In this document: positions 39,062-48,604 of the stretch, one piece after another
Layout: every line of letters begins with the position of its first letter
Numbering within the stretch: the stretch's first letter is position 1
Source of the DNA: Candidatus Saganbacteria bacterium
GTDB lineage: Bacteria; Margulisbacteria; WOR-1; O2-12-FULL-45-9; XYB2-FULL-48-7
DNA: 64,000 bases
NCBI GenBank assembly: GCA_016939335.1
Contig: JAFGHC010000039.1
Coordinates: 2,376 to 66,375 of the forward strand
Direction of reading: 5' to 3'
Position numbers and translations under genes: made by a program
The notes under the pieces: generated by a model
Told to the model about the DNA's origin: nothing
Database searches by the model: none
The model's input: the letters and a program-made list of their open reading frames with translations, nothing else

Positions 39062-39526
39062 ATGGCCGAACGGATGACCCAGGAGAACTACGACAAGATC
39101 GGGCAGAAGCTCGCCGCGCTCAAGAAGCGCCGCGCCGCCATCTCCAAGACGATCGGCGAGGCGCGCGAGCACGGCGACCTGCGCGAGAATTCCGCTTACC
39201 ACACCGCCAAGGACGAGCAGGGGCTCAACGAGATGCGGATCCGCGAGCTGGAGGCCAAGCTGGCCGGCGCCACGATCGTCGACAAGAGCGAACTGGCCGC
39301 CGCCGGCTGCGTCACGCTCGGTTCGACGGTGCGGATCAAGGCGCTCGACACCGGCCAGGAGTTCGAGTACGCCATCGTGGCCGAGGACGAGGCCGACGTC
39401 CTGGAGGACAAGATCTCGACCGCTTCGCCGATCGGCGGCGCGGTCGTCAACGAGCCGGTCGGCGCCGTCGTCGAGGCCGAACTGCCGCGCGGCAAGGTCA
39501 AGTTCAAGGTCCTCGAAATAAAATGA
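39062..39526 (+). CDS. greA: Transcription elongation factor GreA
   Basis: AREHGDLRENSAYH.AK.EQ, ISTASPIG. Confidence 0.95.
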   Translation: MAERMTQENYDKIGQKLAALKKRRAAISKTIGEAREHGDLRENSAYHTAKDEQGLNEMRIRELEAKLAGATIVDKSELAAAGCVTLGSTVRIKALDTGQEFEYAIVAEDEADVLEDKISTASPIGGAVVNEPVGAVVEAELPRGKVKFKVLEIK

Positions 39527-40296
39527 CAATACTTCAGTCGGTCGTGCTCGGTGTCGTCCAGGGGATCGCCGAATTCCTCCCGATCAGCAGTTCCGCCCAC
39601 CTTGTCTTCATCCCCTGGCTTCTTGGCTGGCCGGAACATACGCTCACCTTCGACGTCGCCCTCCATCTGGGGACGCTCGTTTCCCTGCTCGCCTTTTTCT
39701 GGCGTGAGTGGTGGGGGATCATCAGGGGCAAACTTGTCTGGCTGCTTCTCCTCGGCTCCGTCCCCGGCGCGCTCGCGGGGGTGCTGGGCGAGAAATATTT
39801 TGAGGAGACTTTCCGCGGTCCGGTGACGATCGCTGTTTTCCTGATCAGCCTCGGCTTGCTGCTCTGGGCGGCCGAAGTCTTCAGCCGGCGCCGGCGTGAG
39901 TTGGCGTCGGTCGGCTGGCTCGACGCGGGGGCGATCGGCCTGGCGCAGGCGCTGGCGCTGATGCCGGGGGTGTCGCGCGCCGGCATCACCATGACGGCCG
40001 GCCTTTTCCTGGGACTCAAGCGGGAGACGGCCGCCAAATTCTCTTTTCTCCTTTCGGCGCCGATCATTCTCGGGGCCGGACTGTACAAAAGTTACGGCCT
40101 CTTCAAGCACGGCGGCCTGCCGGCCGATGAGCGCATGCCGTTCCTCGCCGGCCTGCTCACCGCCGCGCTGGTCGGCTTCTTTGCCATCAAATATCTTCTC
40201 CGCTATCTGCAGAAGAACACTTTTTATCTCTTCATCTGGTACCGGCTGCTGGTCGGCGCGGGGTTGATTGCGCTGGTTTTGCTTAGGCTCCGTTGA
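39523..40296 (+). CDS. uppP: Undecaprenyl-diphosphatase
   Basis: QGIAEFLPISSSAH, ALMPGVSRAG. Confidence 0.95.
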   Translation: MTILQSVVLGVVQGIAEFLPISSSAHLVFIPWLLGWPEHTLTFDVALHLGTLVSLLAFFWREWWGIIRGKLVWLLLLGSVPGALAGVLGEKYFEETFRGPVTIAVFLISLGLLLWAAEVFSRRRRELASVGWLDAGAIGLAQALALMPGVSRAGITMTAGLFLGLKRETAAKFSFLLSAPIILGAGLYKSYGLFKHGGLPADERMPFLAGLLTAALVGFFAIKYLLRYLQKNTFYLFIWYRLLVGAGLIALVLLRLR

Positions 40297-41305
40297 TCGC
40301 CCGGATCAGTTCGTTCAGCCGCCCGTAGCTCTCCCGGTCGAAGCGCATGACGAGGCGCGGCAGGTCGGGCAGGTCTTTGTCCTTGAGCTCCTCGGCGGTC
40401 GGCCCGCCCGCTTCGATCTTCCCCCCGGTCAGCAGATCGGCGAACTTCTTGTTCAATTGCTTAAGTTTGGCCGCCGGCAGCGGCTGGTTGAGCCGGAGCA
40501 CGGTCAGCGGCCCGACGTAGCGGAGCGAATTGTAAACGCTGTAAAAATCGAGTATTTCCTTAACTGCCGCTTTGGCCGAGTGGACCAGCGTGAAAAGCTT
40601 GAGGTCATGCTTGGCGATGAAGCCGCGCCGCGCCATCTCGCGCCTGATGAAGTTCAGCCACCCCCGCCAGAAGCCCCAGCGCGGCTCGATCAGGACGATG
40701 GGGCGGGGGACGCTCTTGCCGGTCTGGTAAAGCGTCAGCATCTCAAACGCCTCGTCGCAGGTGCCGAAGCCGCCGGGGAAAAGGACGGTGGCGTTCGATT
40801 CCTTGACGAAGATCAGCTTCCGGTCGAAGAAGTATTTGAACGAGATCAGTTTTTCGCACCGCGCCACGTAAGGGTTCGGCTTTTGCTCGTGCGGCAGACT
40901 GATGTTGACGGCAAAGCTCCGGCCGCCGGCGCCGCAGTTGCCCGCCGCCATTGCCCCGCCGCCCCCGCCGGTGATCACCAGGTAGCCGGCCCGCGTGATC
41001 AGCCGCGAGAACTCGGCCGCCATCCGGTACTCGGCCGAGGCCGGCTTGATCCGGGCCGAACCCCAGACGGCGACCTTGGGGACGCCGCGGTACTGGCGGA
41101 AAACGCGGAAAGCGTGGCGCAGCTCCTTGAGCGAAGTGTTGAGGAGGCGCAACTCGTAACTGTCGGCCCCGTCGAGGTGGAGCTTGACGACCGAAGTGAA
41201 CATTTGCCGGATCAACTCGGCCGTCGCCGGCGCGCTGTATTTTTCCGCCAGCGCCCCGATCTCCCGGTCGATCTCCGCTTGCCCGGTCGCGTATTTGCCG
41301 CGCAT
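40283..41305 (-). CDS. LOG family (TIGR00730-like) protein
   Basis: VAVWGSAR, ITGGGGGAMAAGN, FPGGFGTCDE. Confidence 0.9.
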   Translation of the reverse strand: MRGKYATGQAEIDREIGALAEKYSAPATAELIRQMFTSVVKLHLDGADSYELRLLNTSLKELRHAFRVFRQYRGVPKVAVWGSARIKPASAEYRMAAEFSRLITRAGYLVITGGGGGAMAAGNCGAGGRSFAVNISLPHEQKPNPYVARCEKLISFKYFFDRKLIFVKESNATVLFPGGFGTCDEAFEMLTLYQTGKSVPRPIVLIEPRWGFWRGWLNFIRREMARRGFIAKHDLKLFTLVHSAKAAVKEILDFYSVYNSLRYVGPLTVLRLNQPLPAAKLKQLNKKFADLLTGGKIEAGGPTAEELKDKDLPDLPRLVMRFDRESYGRLNELIRAINGA

Positions 41306-41320
41306 TACTATAGTATATAA

Positions 41321-41451
41321 TAATCAAATCACAAATAACAAACAATACCAAATTACCGGAATTCGAATGACTAAAACAGGCAACGTTTATTTCATTGGGT
41401 AATTGTGGTTTGGGATTTGTTTGTTATTTGATGCTTGTGATTTGTTATTTT
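41321..41451. repeat. Family C MITE-like element, copy 2
   Basis: aatcaaatcacaaataacaaacaataccaaatt...tttgtttgttatttgatgcttgtgatttgttattt. Confidence 0.85.
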
Positions 41452-41465
41452 GTTATACTGGCCCC

Positions 41466-42779
41466 ATGGTTGGCATGGATAAACAGGCCGCTCTTGACGC
41501 TTGCCTGACTCGCCTCGGGATCAAACTTTCCGATGTGGTGGAGAAGTTTATCCATTCGGGCGGCCCCGGCGGCCAGAACGTCAATAAGGTCGCCAGCGGC
41601 GTCTATCTCAAGCATCTGCCGACCGGCCTCGAGGTCAAGATGAGCCGCGCCCGCTCGCAGGCGCTCAACCGCTTCCTCGCCTGGCGGCTGCTGGCCGACA
41701 AGCTCGCGGCCCGGCTCCTCGGCAAGAAGAGCGCCGAACGGGCGAAGGCCGAAAAACTCCGCCGCCAGAAGCGCCGCCGCTCCCGCCGCGCCAAAGAAAA
41801 AGTTTTGCGGGAGAAAAAGCTGACCGCCGAAAAGAAACGCCTCCGCCGGCGGCCGCTCTTCTTGCTCTGTCTGGCCGTCCTGCTGACCGCGGCTGCCGCC
41901 TGGGCGGCCGTCCCGTCACTGGCCGGCCTGATGCAGCGCGATTATCACGGACGCGATCTGCAGCTGAAAAAAGTCCTGGCCGAGAACAACGTTTACACCC
42001 GCTATCTCATCACTTACAAAAGCGATGACCTGACGATCTCCGGCATCATGAATTTGCCGAAGGGGAAGGGGCCGTTCCCCGTCCTGATACTTAACCACGG
42101 CTTCATCGATCCGAAAATCTATACGAACGGCCGCGGCTTGAAGCGCGAACAGGATTATCTGGCGCGCCGTGGTTATATAGTGATTCATCCCGATTACCGC
42201 AATCACGCGTTTTCCGATCAGGACCCGGACGACCTGGCCGGCTTCCGGCTCGGCTACGTCATCGACGCGATCAACTGCGTCATGGCGGTCAAGGGGAGCG
42301 ACAAGCCGTATTTCAATAAGGAGAAGATCGGGCTGCTGGGCCATTCGATGGGGGGCGGGGTCGTCCTGAACTTTCTGGCCGTGAAACCCGGGCTGGCCAA
42401 AGCGGCGGTCCTTTTGGCGCCGGTCAGCGCCGATTACCGCGACAATTTCACCCGCTGGCTCTGGCGGCGCAAGCGCCATCCGGAAGTGGCTGAAAGAATC
42501 ATCGCCGAATACGGCTCGCCCGAATCAAACCCCGCCTTCTGGGCCGGCCTCTCGGCCGTCAGTTACTTAAATAATGTTAAGGCGCCGGTCATGCTCAACC
42601 ACGGCACCGCCGACGAGTCCGTCCCCTTTGACTGGTCGGTCCGGCTGGAAAAAGAGCTGAAGGCCCGCGGCAAAAGCGTCGTCTTCTACCGGTATCCCGG
42701 CGAGCGCCACGAGTTCGGCCCGCAGTGGCCGCTCATGATGGCGCGGATCGTCAAGTTCTTTGACGGATATTTAAAATGA
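41466..42779 (+). CDS. Fusion: GGQ release-factor-like (ArfB/C12orf65 type), signal-peptide-like segment, S9-type alpha/beta hydrolase
   Basis: SGGPGGQNVNK, RSQALNR, basic tail, LFLLCLAVLLTAAAAWA, then GHSMGG, HGTADESV, GERHEF. Confidence 0.85.
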   Translation: MVGMDKQAALDACLTRLGIKLSDVVEKFIHSGGPGGQNVNKVASGVYLKHLPTGLEVKMSRARSQALNRFLAWRLLADKLAARLLGKKSAERAKAEKLRRQKRRRSRRAKEKVLREKKLTAEKKRLRRRPLFLLCLAVLLTAAAAWAAVPSLAGLMQRDYHGRDLQLKKVLAENNVYTRYLITYKSDDLTISGIMNLPKGKGPFPVLILNHGFIDPKIYTNGRGLKREQDYLARRGYIVIHPDYRNHAFSDQDPDDLAGFRLGYVIDAINCVMAVKGSDKPYFNKEKIGLLGHSMGGGVVLNFLAVKPGLAKAAVLLAPVSADYRDNFTRWLWRRKRHPEVAERIIAEYGSPESNPAFWAGLSAVSYLNNVKAPVMLNHGTADESVPFDWSVRLEKELKARGKSVVFYRYPGERHEFGPQWPLMMARIVKFFDGYLK

Positions 42780-42991
42780 TGATCAGCGTCCGCGTCGTCC
42801 CCCGCGCCAGGCAGAATAAAGTTGTTGAAGAAGCGGACCGCTTGAAAGTTTATTTGACCGCTCCGCCGGTCGAAGGGAAGGCGAACGAAGCTTTAATTGA
42901 GGTTCTAGCCAAGCACTTCGGCGTCAAGAAAAGGCGGCTGCGCCTCCTCCGCGGCGAGAAGGGCCGGGACAAGGTCGTCGAGCTTCAGTAG
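42776..42991 (+). CDS. DUF167 (YggU) family protein
   Basis: VRVVPRA, APPVEGKANEAL, GEKGRDK. Confidence 0.9.
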   Translation: MMISVRVVPRARQNKVVEEADRLKVYLTAPPVEGKANEALIEVLAKHFGVKKRRLRLLRGEKGRDKVVELQ

Positions 42992-43509
42992 TAGAACGTC
43001 AGCCCGCCGATCTCGCAGCCGATGTAAAAATGTTTGACTTCATACGGCATCCCCGGCACGTGGCTCAACGCGTCATAATACTCTTCGATCATCATCACGG
43101 CCCCCGACGGCAGTTCCCAGCGCTGCCGGCCGGAGAAACAGAAATTGTATCCCTCCTGGAGCAGAAATGATTTGATCGGGGCGGCGTTCTTCTCCGGCTT
43201 TTGCTCTTGCCAGAGGGTGTGCACCTGCGCCACGGTCGCTGCCGGTTGTTTGGCCAGCAGTTTGAAGAAGTCCGGCAGGGCAATGGCCGGCGGCTGCCGG
43301 CCGAAAAGCGGCTGGTTCGCATTATGGACGGAGCAGAAGAAATCCATTTGTTTTATTGCCGCTCTTTTTTCCGCCGGGCTCTGCTCCCCCGTTAATATCT
43401 TGAGCGCCAGCCGGGGCTGGCCCTGGACGCGGGCGGGCGGCGGCACTCTGCCGGGCCGGGCCTCCCGCGCCGGCAAAAACAATCTCCCGATCCCTGCCAG
43501 TAAATTCAT
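42985..43509 (-). CDS. Orphan hypothetical protein
   Basis: 174-aa ORF; Pro/Arg-rich N-terminus; sigma-28-like motif upstream. Confidence 0.7.
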   Translation of the reverse strand: MNLLAGIGRLFLPAREARPGRVPPPARVQGQPRLALKILTGEQSPAEKRAAIKQMDFFCSVHNANQPLFGRQPPAIALPDFFKLLAKQPAATVAQVHTLWQEQKPEKNAAPIKSFLLQEGYNFCFSGRQRWELPSGAVMMIEEYYDALSHVPGMPYEVKHFYIGCEIGGLTFYY

Positions 43510-43518
43510 TCTGTGTTT

Positions 43519-43628
43519 TCTTCGTCCGTTCCCGCCGATAATTTCAGCCGTAATATTCGGGAAGTAATTCGTGCATTCGGGTCGTAAGGCGGTAATTCAG
43601 TGAAATTTTCCGGCCGGGGCGCCGAAAG
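43519..43628. promoter_or_regulatory. Divergent pair of sigma-28-like promoter motifs
   Basis: Minus: TGAAATTA-N12-GACGAAGA (43546-43519); plus: TGAAATTT-N12-GCCGAAAG (43601-43628). Confidence 0.7.
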
Positions 43629-43635
43629 AAAGAAG

Positions 43636-44313
43636 ATGGCAACAACACAAACGGCAAGGATCAGGGAGCATGTTCCGGGGATCAGCCCCCGCACCCGTAA
43701 TGGCAAGGGCGCAGCTGCCAGGTTGGCGCGCTGGGAACCGCTGGAAACTTTCCATATCTCGAGTCTTGATCTTCGCCTCAAAGCCGAACGCTTGTATCTT
43801 CTGGCTAGGACAACGGGAGAGGGCGCCGACCGGAGATTTAAGGAAGCGATCGAACTCCAGGTCGGGACCCTCGGTTTTGGCTTGGCGGATATAAATATCT
43901 GGGGCCGTCTCCTGCAGTGCTTCGCCGGGAAAAATAATCCTCAAGCCAGCGCCCGGCTGTTGACCTCGCTCGGCTCTCTTTTGTGCGCCAGCCCGCAAAT
44001 GGGCGTAAATCCCGACCAGAGACGGGCGGAAACCGTCCGGTTTCTCGGCGACCTCCTTTTCGCTTATGATGCGAGCATTATTAATGATCTCCTTAGCCGT
44101 CAGGCCGATCCGCTCATGGTGAGCGTGGTCGAGGCGCGCGCCGGGATCAATTTGAGACAGGTTGTGGCGCTGTTAAGGGCGGAGAACGTTGATCCGGGGT
44201 TCGCCCGCGCCCTGCTGGCCCGGCTCCGGGGGAGCCAAACTTACGATGCTTTGGCTGCCAAACTGCCGCCCGAGGTACTGGCAAGGATAGCGCCTCCGGC
44301 GACGGCTCCGTGA
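43636..44313 (+). CDS. Orphan helical hypothetical protein
   Basis: ATG 43636 lies 7 nt after the motif; Leu/Ala-rich. Confidence 0.7.
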   Translation: MATTQTARIREHVPGISPRTRNGKGAAARLARWEPLETFHISSLDLRLKAERLYLLARTTGEGADRRFKEAIELQVGTLGFGLADINIWGRLLQCFAGKNNPQASARLLTSLGSLLCASPQMGVNPDQRRAETVRFLGDLLFAYDASIINDLLSRQADPLMVSVVEARAGINLRQVVALLRAENVDPGFARALLARLRGSQTYDALAAKLPPEVLARIAPPATAP

Positions 44314-44453
44314 ACCGGTTTTTGCTTGACAAAAAGGGGGTTTAGGTAGTAATATTATTAATGTACAAAGGGAAAGAATCGCACTGGTTAAAACCTCGCA
44401 ATTCTCTTCACTTCGGACGATTAATAATTTCCAAATTAATGAGGAGGAGTCAA

Positions 44454-45824
44454 ATGAAAAAGGTATTTCTGTTCTTATTTTTGGTGATCATGGTCGGGGC
44501 GGCTTTTGGCATTGCCGTGCCCAAACTGTCGGCGGTCCCGGAGAAATTATCTTATGAAGGGAGACTGCTCGACTCCGCCGGCAATCCGGTGATTGCCGCC
44601 AAGACCTTTGACGTCAGGATCTACGATGCCCCGACCGGCGGCAACGCCGTCTGGGGGCCCGAGAGCCAGACGGTCACGCCGAACGAACAGGGGGTTTTCA
44701 GCCTGATCTTGGGTGATAGCGTGCCGGTCACCGCCGCGGTCTTCAGCGGAACACCCCGATACGTCGAAGTCACCGTTGCCGGTGAAACGATCTCCCCCCG
44801 CACCCAGCTTGTCTCCGTCGGCACCGCTTTAAAAGCGGCGGTCGCGGAGAGCGTGGATAATGGTTCGATAACGAATAACAGTCTTGCCAACGCCACGATC
44901 CAGAACACTAAAGTTGCCCCCGGCCAATTTGTCAAACAGATCGTGGCCGGCGCCGGCATCGGCGTTTCCGATGATGAAGGCGGCGGCACCGGGATTGTGA
45001 CCCTGACGGCGACCGGCACCAGCGGCGGCACCGTCACGCGGGTCAATGCCGGGACCGGTTTGCTTGGCGGGCCGATCACGTCAAGCGGCACGATTTCGGT
45101 GGATGTCGGCACCGGCGCCCGCAAGATCGTTCAGCTTGACAATTTTGGAAGATTACCGGCGGTCAATGGTTCAAATTTAACGGCGCTGGATGCCGACAAC
45201 ATTTCCAGCGGCACGCTCGACGAAAGACGGGGCGGGACCGATCAATCAAGTTTTGCTCGCGGCGACATTCTTTACGCTTCAGGAACGAATAGATTGTCGA
45301 GATTGTCAATTGGCTCGAGCGGGCAAGTCCTGAAGGTCAGTGGCGGAGTACCCACCTGGAGTACTGGAGCAGCTGGCCCTGCCGGACCGCAAGGGCCGAC
45401 CGGCGAGGCCGGACCGAAGGGTGACAAAGGTGAGAAAGGTGATCCTGGGCCAGCCGGAGCCGATGGTGTTGCCGGACCAGCCGGGCCGATGGGGCCGACC
45501 GGCGAGGCCGGACCTGCGGGGACGGGGGGGAATGCTGACACAGTTGGTGGCAAATATTTCCTGGCCAAAACCGCCACTTGGATGTCAACGGCCTCGAGTA
45601 CTAAAACAATTACTGATTCCGATGTCACAACCGGGAGTATTATTATTGTTAATCTGGTCGATCAACCAGCCCCAGCATGGGGTTCTTCTTATAAATATAT
45701 TAGCAAAGTTGTTCCGGGCGACCAAGCTTTTACCTTAACTTTTGATGGAAATTTAAGGAACAATCAATCGCACACCGTAAATTATATTGTTATTAATAGT
45801 AGCGCGGCTCCTATACCGCAATAA
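44454..45824 (+). CDS. Secreted fibre/adhesin-like protein with collagen (G-X-Y) region
   Basis: GGAGGAG RBS, signal peptide, LSYEGRL N-domain, [18 protein letters not shown] fibre repeat, about 18 GXY triplets. Confidence 0.85.
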   Translation: MKKVFLFLFLVIMVGAAFGIAVPKLSAVPEKLSYEGRLLDSAGNPVIAAKTFDVRIYDAPTGGNAVWGPESQTVTPNEQGVFSLILGDSVPVTAAVFSGTPRYVEVTVAGETISPRTQLVSVGTALKAAVAESVDNGSITNNSLANATIQNTKVAPGQFVKQIVAGAGIGVSDDEGGGTGIVTLTATGTSGGTVTRVNAGTGLLGGPITSSGTISVDVGTGARKIVQLDNFGRLPAVNGSNLTALDADNISSGTLDERRGGTDQSSFARGDILYASGTNRLSRLSIGSSGQVLKVSGGVPTWSTGAAGPAGPQGPTGEAGPKGDKGEKGDPGPAGADGVAGPAGPMGPTGEAGPAGTGGNADTVGGKYFLAKTATWMSTASSTKTITDSDVTTGSIIIVNLVDQPAPAWGSSYKYISKVVPGDQAFTLTFDGNLRNNQSHTVNYIVINSSAAPIPQ

Positions 45825-45859
45825 ATTAAATAAACTAAGCGAAGGTTAAAAAGGTTAAA

Positions 45860-46693
45860 ATGGGCCGAAATTTGGTTTTACTGTTACTGCTCGCTCTGCT
45901 GATCGGCAGTCCGGCCGCCGCATACCAGATCACCGGCGGCGCGGCCAACAGCGGCTCGCTTGCGGGCGGTTCGGCCGGCTACAACATCCAGGGCGCCGGC
46001 TACGGCTCGGCCGGCACGTTCGGCACCAGCAGCGGCTATTCGCTCTTTTCCGGCTCGGCTAACTGGCTGCTCTTGTTCACCACCGCCGCCAGCGCCACGT
46101 TCGATACGCCGGCGATCCTCTCCATCACTCCCGACGCCGGCCCGCCCGGCGCCAAGTTCACCGTCATCGGCAGCAAGTTCGGCGCCGCCCAGGGGGGCAG
46201 TTCACTCGTTTTTGAAAATGATCTCACCCACATCACTTACACGGCTGCCATCCTCTCCTGGAGCGACACGCTGATCGAGGCGATCAGGCCGAACCTGGCG
46301 ACGTCCGGCAGCTACACCGTCAAAGTCATCAGGAGCACGTTCTTGAGCGGCGCCACCTACTTTGTTGATTCAAATGCCGTCGCCCAGCGGATCAACGCCG
46401 CCGCGGCGGGAGAGGCGACCGTCTATCCCAATCCGTTCAACCCGCTGGCGGCGCCGATTAATCTGCTGATCGCCAATACCAGCGGGGCGACTAACGTCGG
46501 CTTTTACATATATGATATGACCGCGGAACTGGTCAGCCGGCAGATCGTCAGCGCCGCCCCTTATTCGGTCACCTGGGACGGCAAGGACCGGTCCGGCGCC
46601 CAGCTGGCCGACGGCGTCTACCTGCTGCGGGTCGTCAACGAAGATACCCATGCCCTGATCGCCAAAGGGAAGATCTTGCTGGTGAAGAAGTAA
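45860..46693 (+). CDS. Secreted IPT/TIG protein with C-terminal T9SS-CTD/FlgD-Ig-like domain
   Basis: Signal peptide; ILSITP..G..G.KFG...WSDTLI; VYPNPFNP..IYD..WDGKD..GVYLLRV..KILLVKK. Confidence 0.85.
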   Translation: MGRNLVLLLLLALLIGSPAAAYQITGGAANSGSLAGGSAGYNIQGAGYGSAGTFGTSSGYSLFSGSANWLLLFTTAASATFDTPAILSITPDAGPPGAKFTVIGSKFGAAQGGSSLVFENDLTHITYTAAILSWSDTLIEAIRPNLATSGSYTVKVIRSTFLSGATYFVDSNAVAQRINAAAAGEATVYPNPFNPLAAPINLLIANTSGATNVGFYIYDMTAELVSRQIVSAAPYSVTWDGKDRSGAQLADGVYLLRVVNEDTHALIAKGKILLVKK

Positions 46694-46694
46694 A

Positions 46695-48515
46695 ATGAAA
46701 CAATTCATGATTTTAGCTTTGTGCCTCTGCCTGGCCTCCGCCGCCGGGGCGGTGGGCAGCCTTAGCGATCCGCTGGCGATCGGCGTCGGCGCGCGCGCCC
46801 TCGGCATGGGGAAAGCTTACGTCGGCCTGGCGGAGAACAGCGACGCCCTCTTCATGAACCCGGCCGGGTTGGCCCGGATCAACGGCCTGCAGTTCTCCAG
46901 CATGTCCGGCTCGCTGCTCGGCGAGGTCAATTACCAGCTCGGCGGCGTGGTCTATCCGCTCGGCGGCCTTGGCACGGTCGGCTTCGGCTACGTCGGCACT
47001 TCGGTCGGCGGCATCCAGTTCACCGACGCGACCGCCGCGCCGACGGGGACCGGCGACTGGGGCAATAGCGTCATGTTCCTCTCCTACGGTTCACAGTTGC
47101 TCAATACGCCGCTCCTCTTCGGCGGCAGCCTCAAGTACTTTAAGGTCGGGGGGAGCGGCACGGCCGACGCGGTCTCCGCCGCCGGCTCCGGCTACGACCT
47201 CGACCTCGGCCTGCTTTATCCGGTGAACGGCTTCACTACGCTCGGCGCCAACTGGCAGGACTGCCTCCCCGCTTCGCTCGGCGGCAAGATCAGCAAGACG
47301 GCGGGCGACGAAAATATCCCCGCCACGTTGAAGCTGGGCGGCAAGATGACCTTGCTCGGCCGGGAAGGAGAGGCGCTGCTGGCCAGCAATTCGCGCCGCC
47401 TCTACGGCTGTCTGGATTACGATCTCTGTCAGAATTCCGGTAAGACCGGCGCGCTCCACGCCGGGCTCGAATTCTGGCCGAGCCGCAATTTCGCGTTGCG
47501 GGCCGGCAGCGACAGGAGCGACCTGACCGCCGGGGTCGGCCTCCGCTTCTCCGGCTTTGAGTTCGATTACGCCTACCATCTCTACGGCGAGATCAGCGAG
47601 AACGCCACCCATTACTTCTCGCTCGCTTACCTCGGGGAGGGGCCGACCGAGCTCAACGTGAAACTGAATACGCCGCGCGACCATATGGTGGTTTACGACG
47701 ACCATGTTTCGCTCTCGGGCCAGGTCAAGGCGCTGACCGATGACGGCTGGGAAAAAGACGGGCCGTTCAAGGTCAAGGTCAACGGCCAGCCGCTCCAGCT
47801 CCTTCCCGGCAACAGTTTTGAGAGCGAAGTGCCGGTCGAGAGTTACGGCAAGAAGAAGCTGGTTGTCGAGGTCGTCGACGACGGCGGCAACCGCCGCGTG
47901 GCCGAGCTCGAGATCGTCCGGCTGACCGCCTTCGCCGACGTGCCCGACGGCTACTGGGCGAAACAGTCGATCGAACGGAACGGCACGCTCGGGCTGGTCC
48001 CCGGCTACGCCGACGGCACGTTCAAGCCGGAAAACCCGCTGACCCGGGCCGACATGGTCGCGCTCCTCCTGCGCGCCAAAGGTTTGACCCCGCCGGCCGA
48101 AGGGACCGCCAAGGCCGTGTTCAAAGATGTTAAGCCCGATTTCTGGGCGGCCAAATACCTTGAGCTGGCCTGGAAAGAAGGGCTGGTCAGGGGCTATCCC
48201 GACGGCACTTTCCGGCCGAACAATCACACTTCGCGGGTCGAGAGCGTCGTGCTGATGACCCGGTTTGACGGGGTCCGGCCGGTCGCGATGGTCGAGGGAA
48301 GACCGTACAATGATGTTGCGGCCGACCACTGGGCGGCCGGCTCCGTTGCCGCCGCGCGCGACGCGGGGATGATCGGCTTCACTTCAGCCAACCGCTTGGA
48401 ACCGCAGGCCGCGGTCACCCGCTCGCAGCTCGCCGACATGTTCTCCCGCACGGCGGTGGCGGGCGGCCGGATCAAAGACCTCCTGACCTGGGAAAAAGGC
48501 CGGACCGGCTACTAA
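46695..48515 (+). CDS. PorV/PorQ-like beta-barrel, Ig-like domain and three SLH domains
   Basis: GVGARALGMGKAY..NPAGL, FDYAY..HYFSL; FADVP..YWA..GYADGTFKP..TRA repeats. Confidence 0.85.
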   Translation: MKQFMILALCLCLASAAGAVGSLSDPLAIGVGARALGMGKAYVGLAENSDALFMNPAGLARINGLQFSSMSGSLLGEVNYQLGGVVYPLGGLGTVGFGYVGTSVGGIQFTDATAAPTGTGDWGNSVMFLSYGSQLLNTPLLFGGSLKYFKVGGSGTADAVSAAGSGYDLDLGLLYPVNGFTTLGANWQDCLPASLGGKISKTAGDENIPATLKLGGKMTLLGREGEALLASNSRRLYGCLDYDLCQNSGKTGALHAGLEFWPSRNFALRAGSDRSDLTAGVGLRFSGFEFDYAYHLYGEISENATHYFSLAYLGEGPTELNVKLNTPRDHMVVYDDHVSLSGQVKALTDDGWEKDGPFKVKVNGQPLQLLPGNSFESEVPVESYGKKKLVVEVVDDGGNRRVAELEIVRLTAFADVPDGYWAKQSIERNGTLGLVPGYADGTFKPENPLTRADMVALLLRAKGLTPPAEGTAKAVFKDVKPDFWAAKYLELAWKEGLVRGYPDGTFRPNNHTSRVESVVLMTRFDGVRPVAMVEGRPYNDVAADHWAAGSVAAARDAGMIGFTSANRLEPQAAVTRSQLADMFSRTAVAGGRIKDLLTWEKGRTGY

Positions 48516-48604
48516 GCCCGGCCTCGCCGCCCCCCGCTCCGCATCGAATCCTTGGCACTAAATTCTCCGCGCTGTGCTATAATCCCGGCCAGAGGTGAGC
48601 TTAA

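Noticed and set aside
38857-39063. N-terminal extension of TypA
   Set aside because: Covers the typA/greA promoter region and a hairpin; the GTPase motif starts right after GTG 38856
44360-44453. Riboswitch in the ~95-nt leader of the fibre gene
   Set aside because: Only weak pairing is visible, with no recognisable aptamer or terminator
44454-45824. Prophage tail fibre
   Set aside because: Has a Sec signal peptide and there are no phage genes nearby
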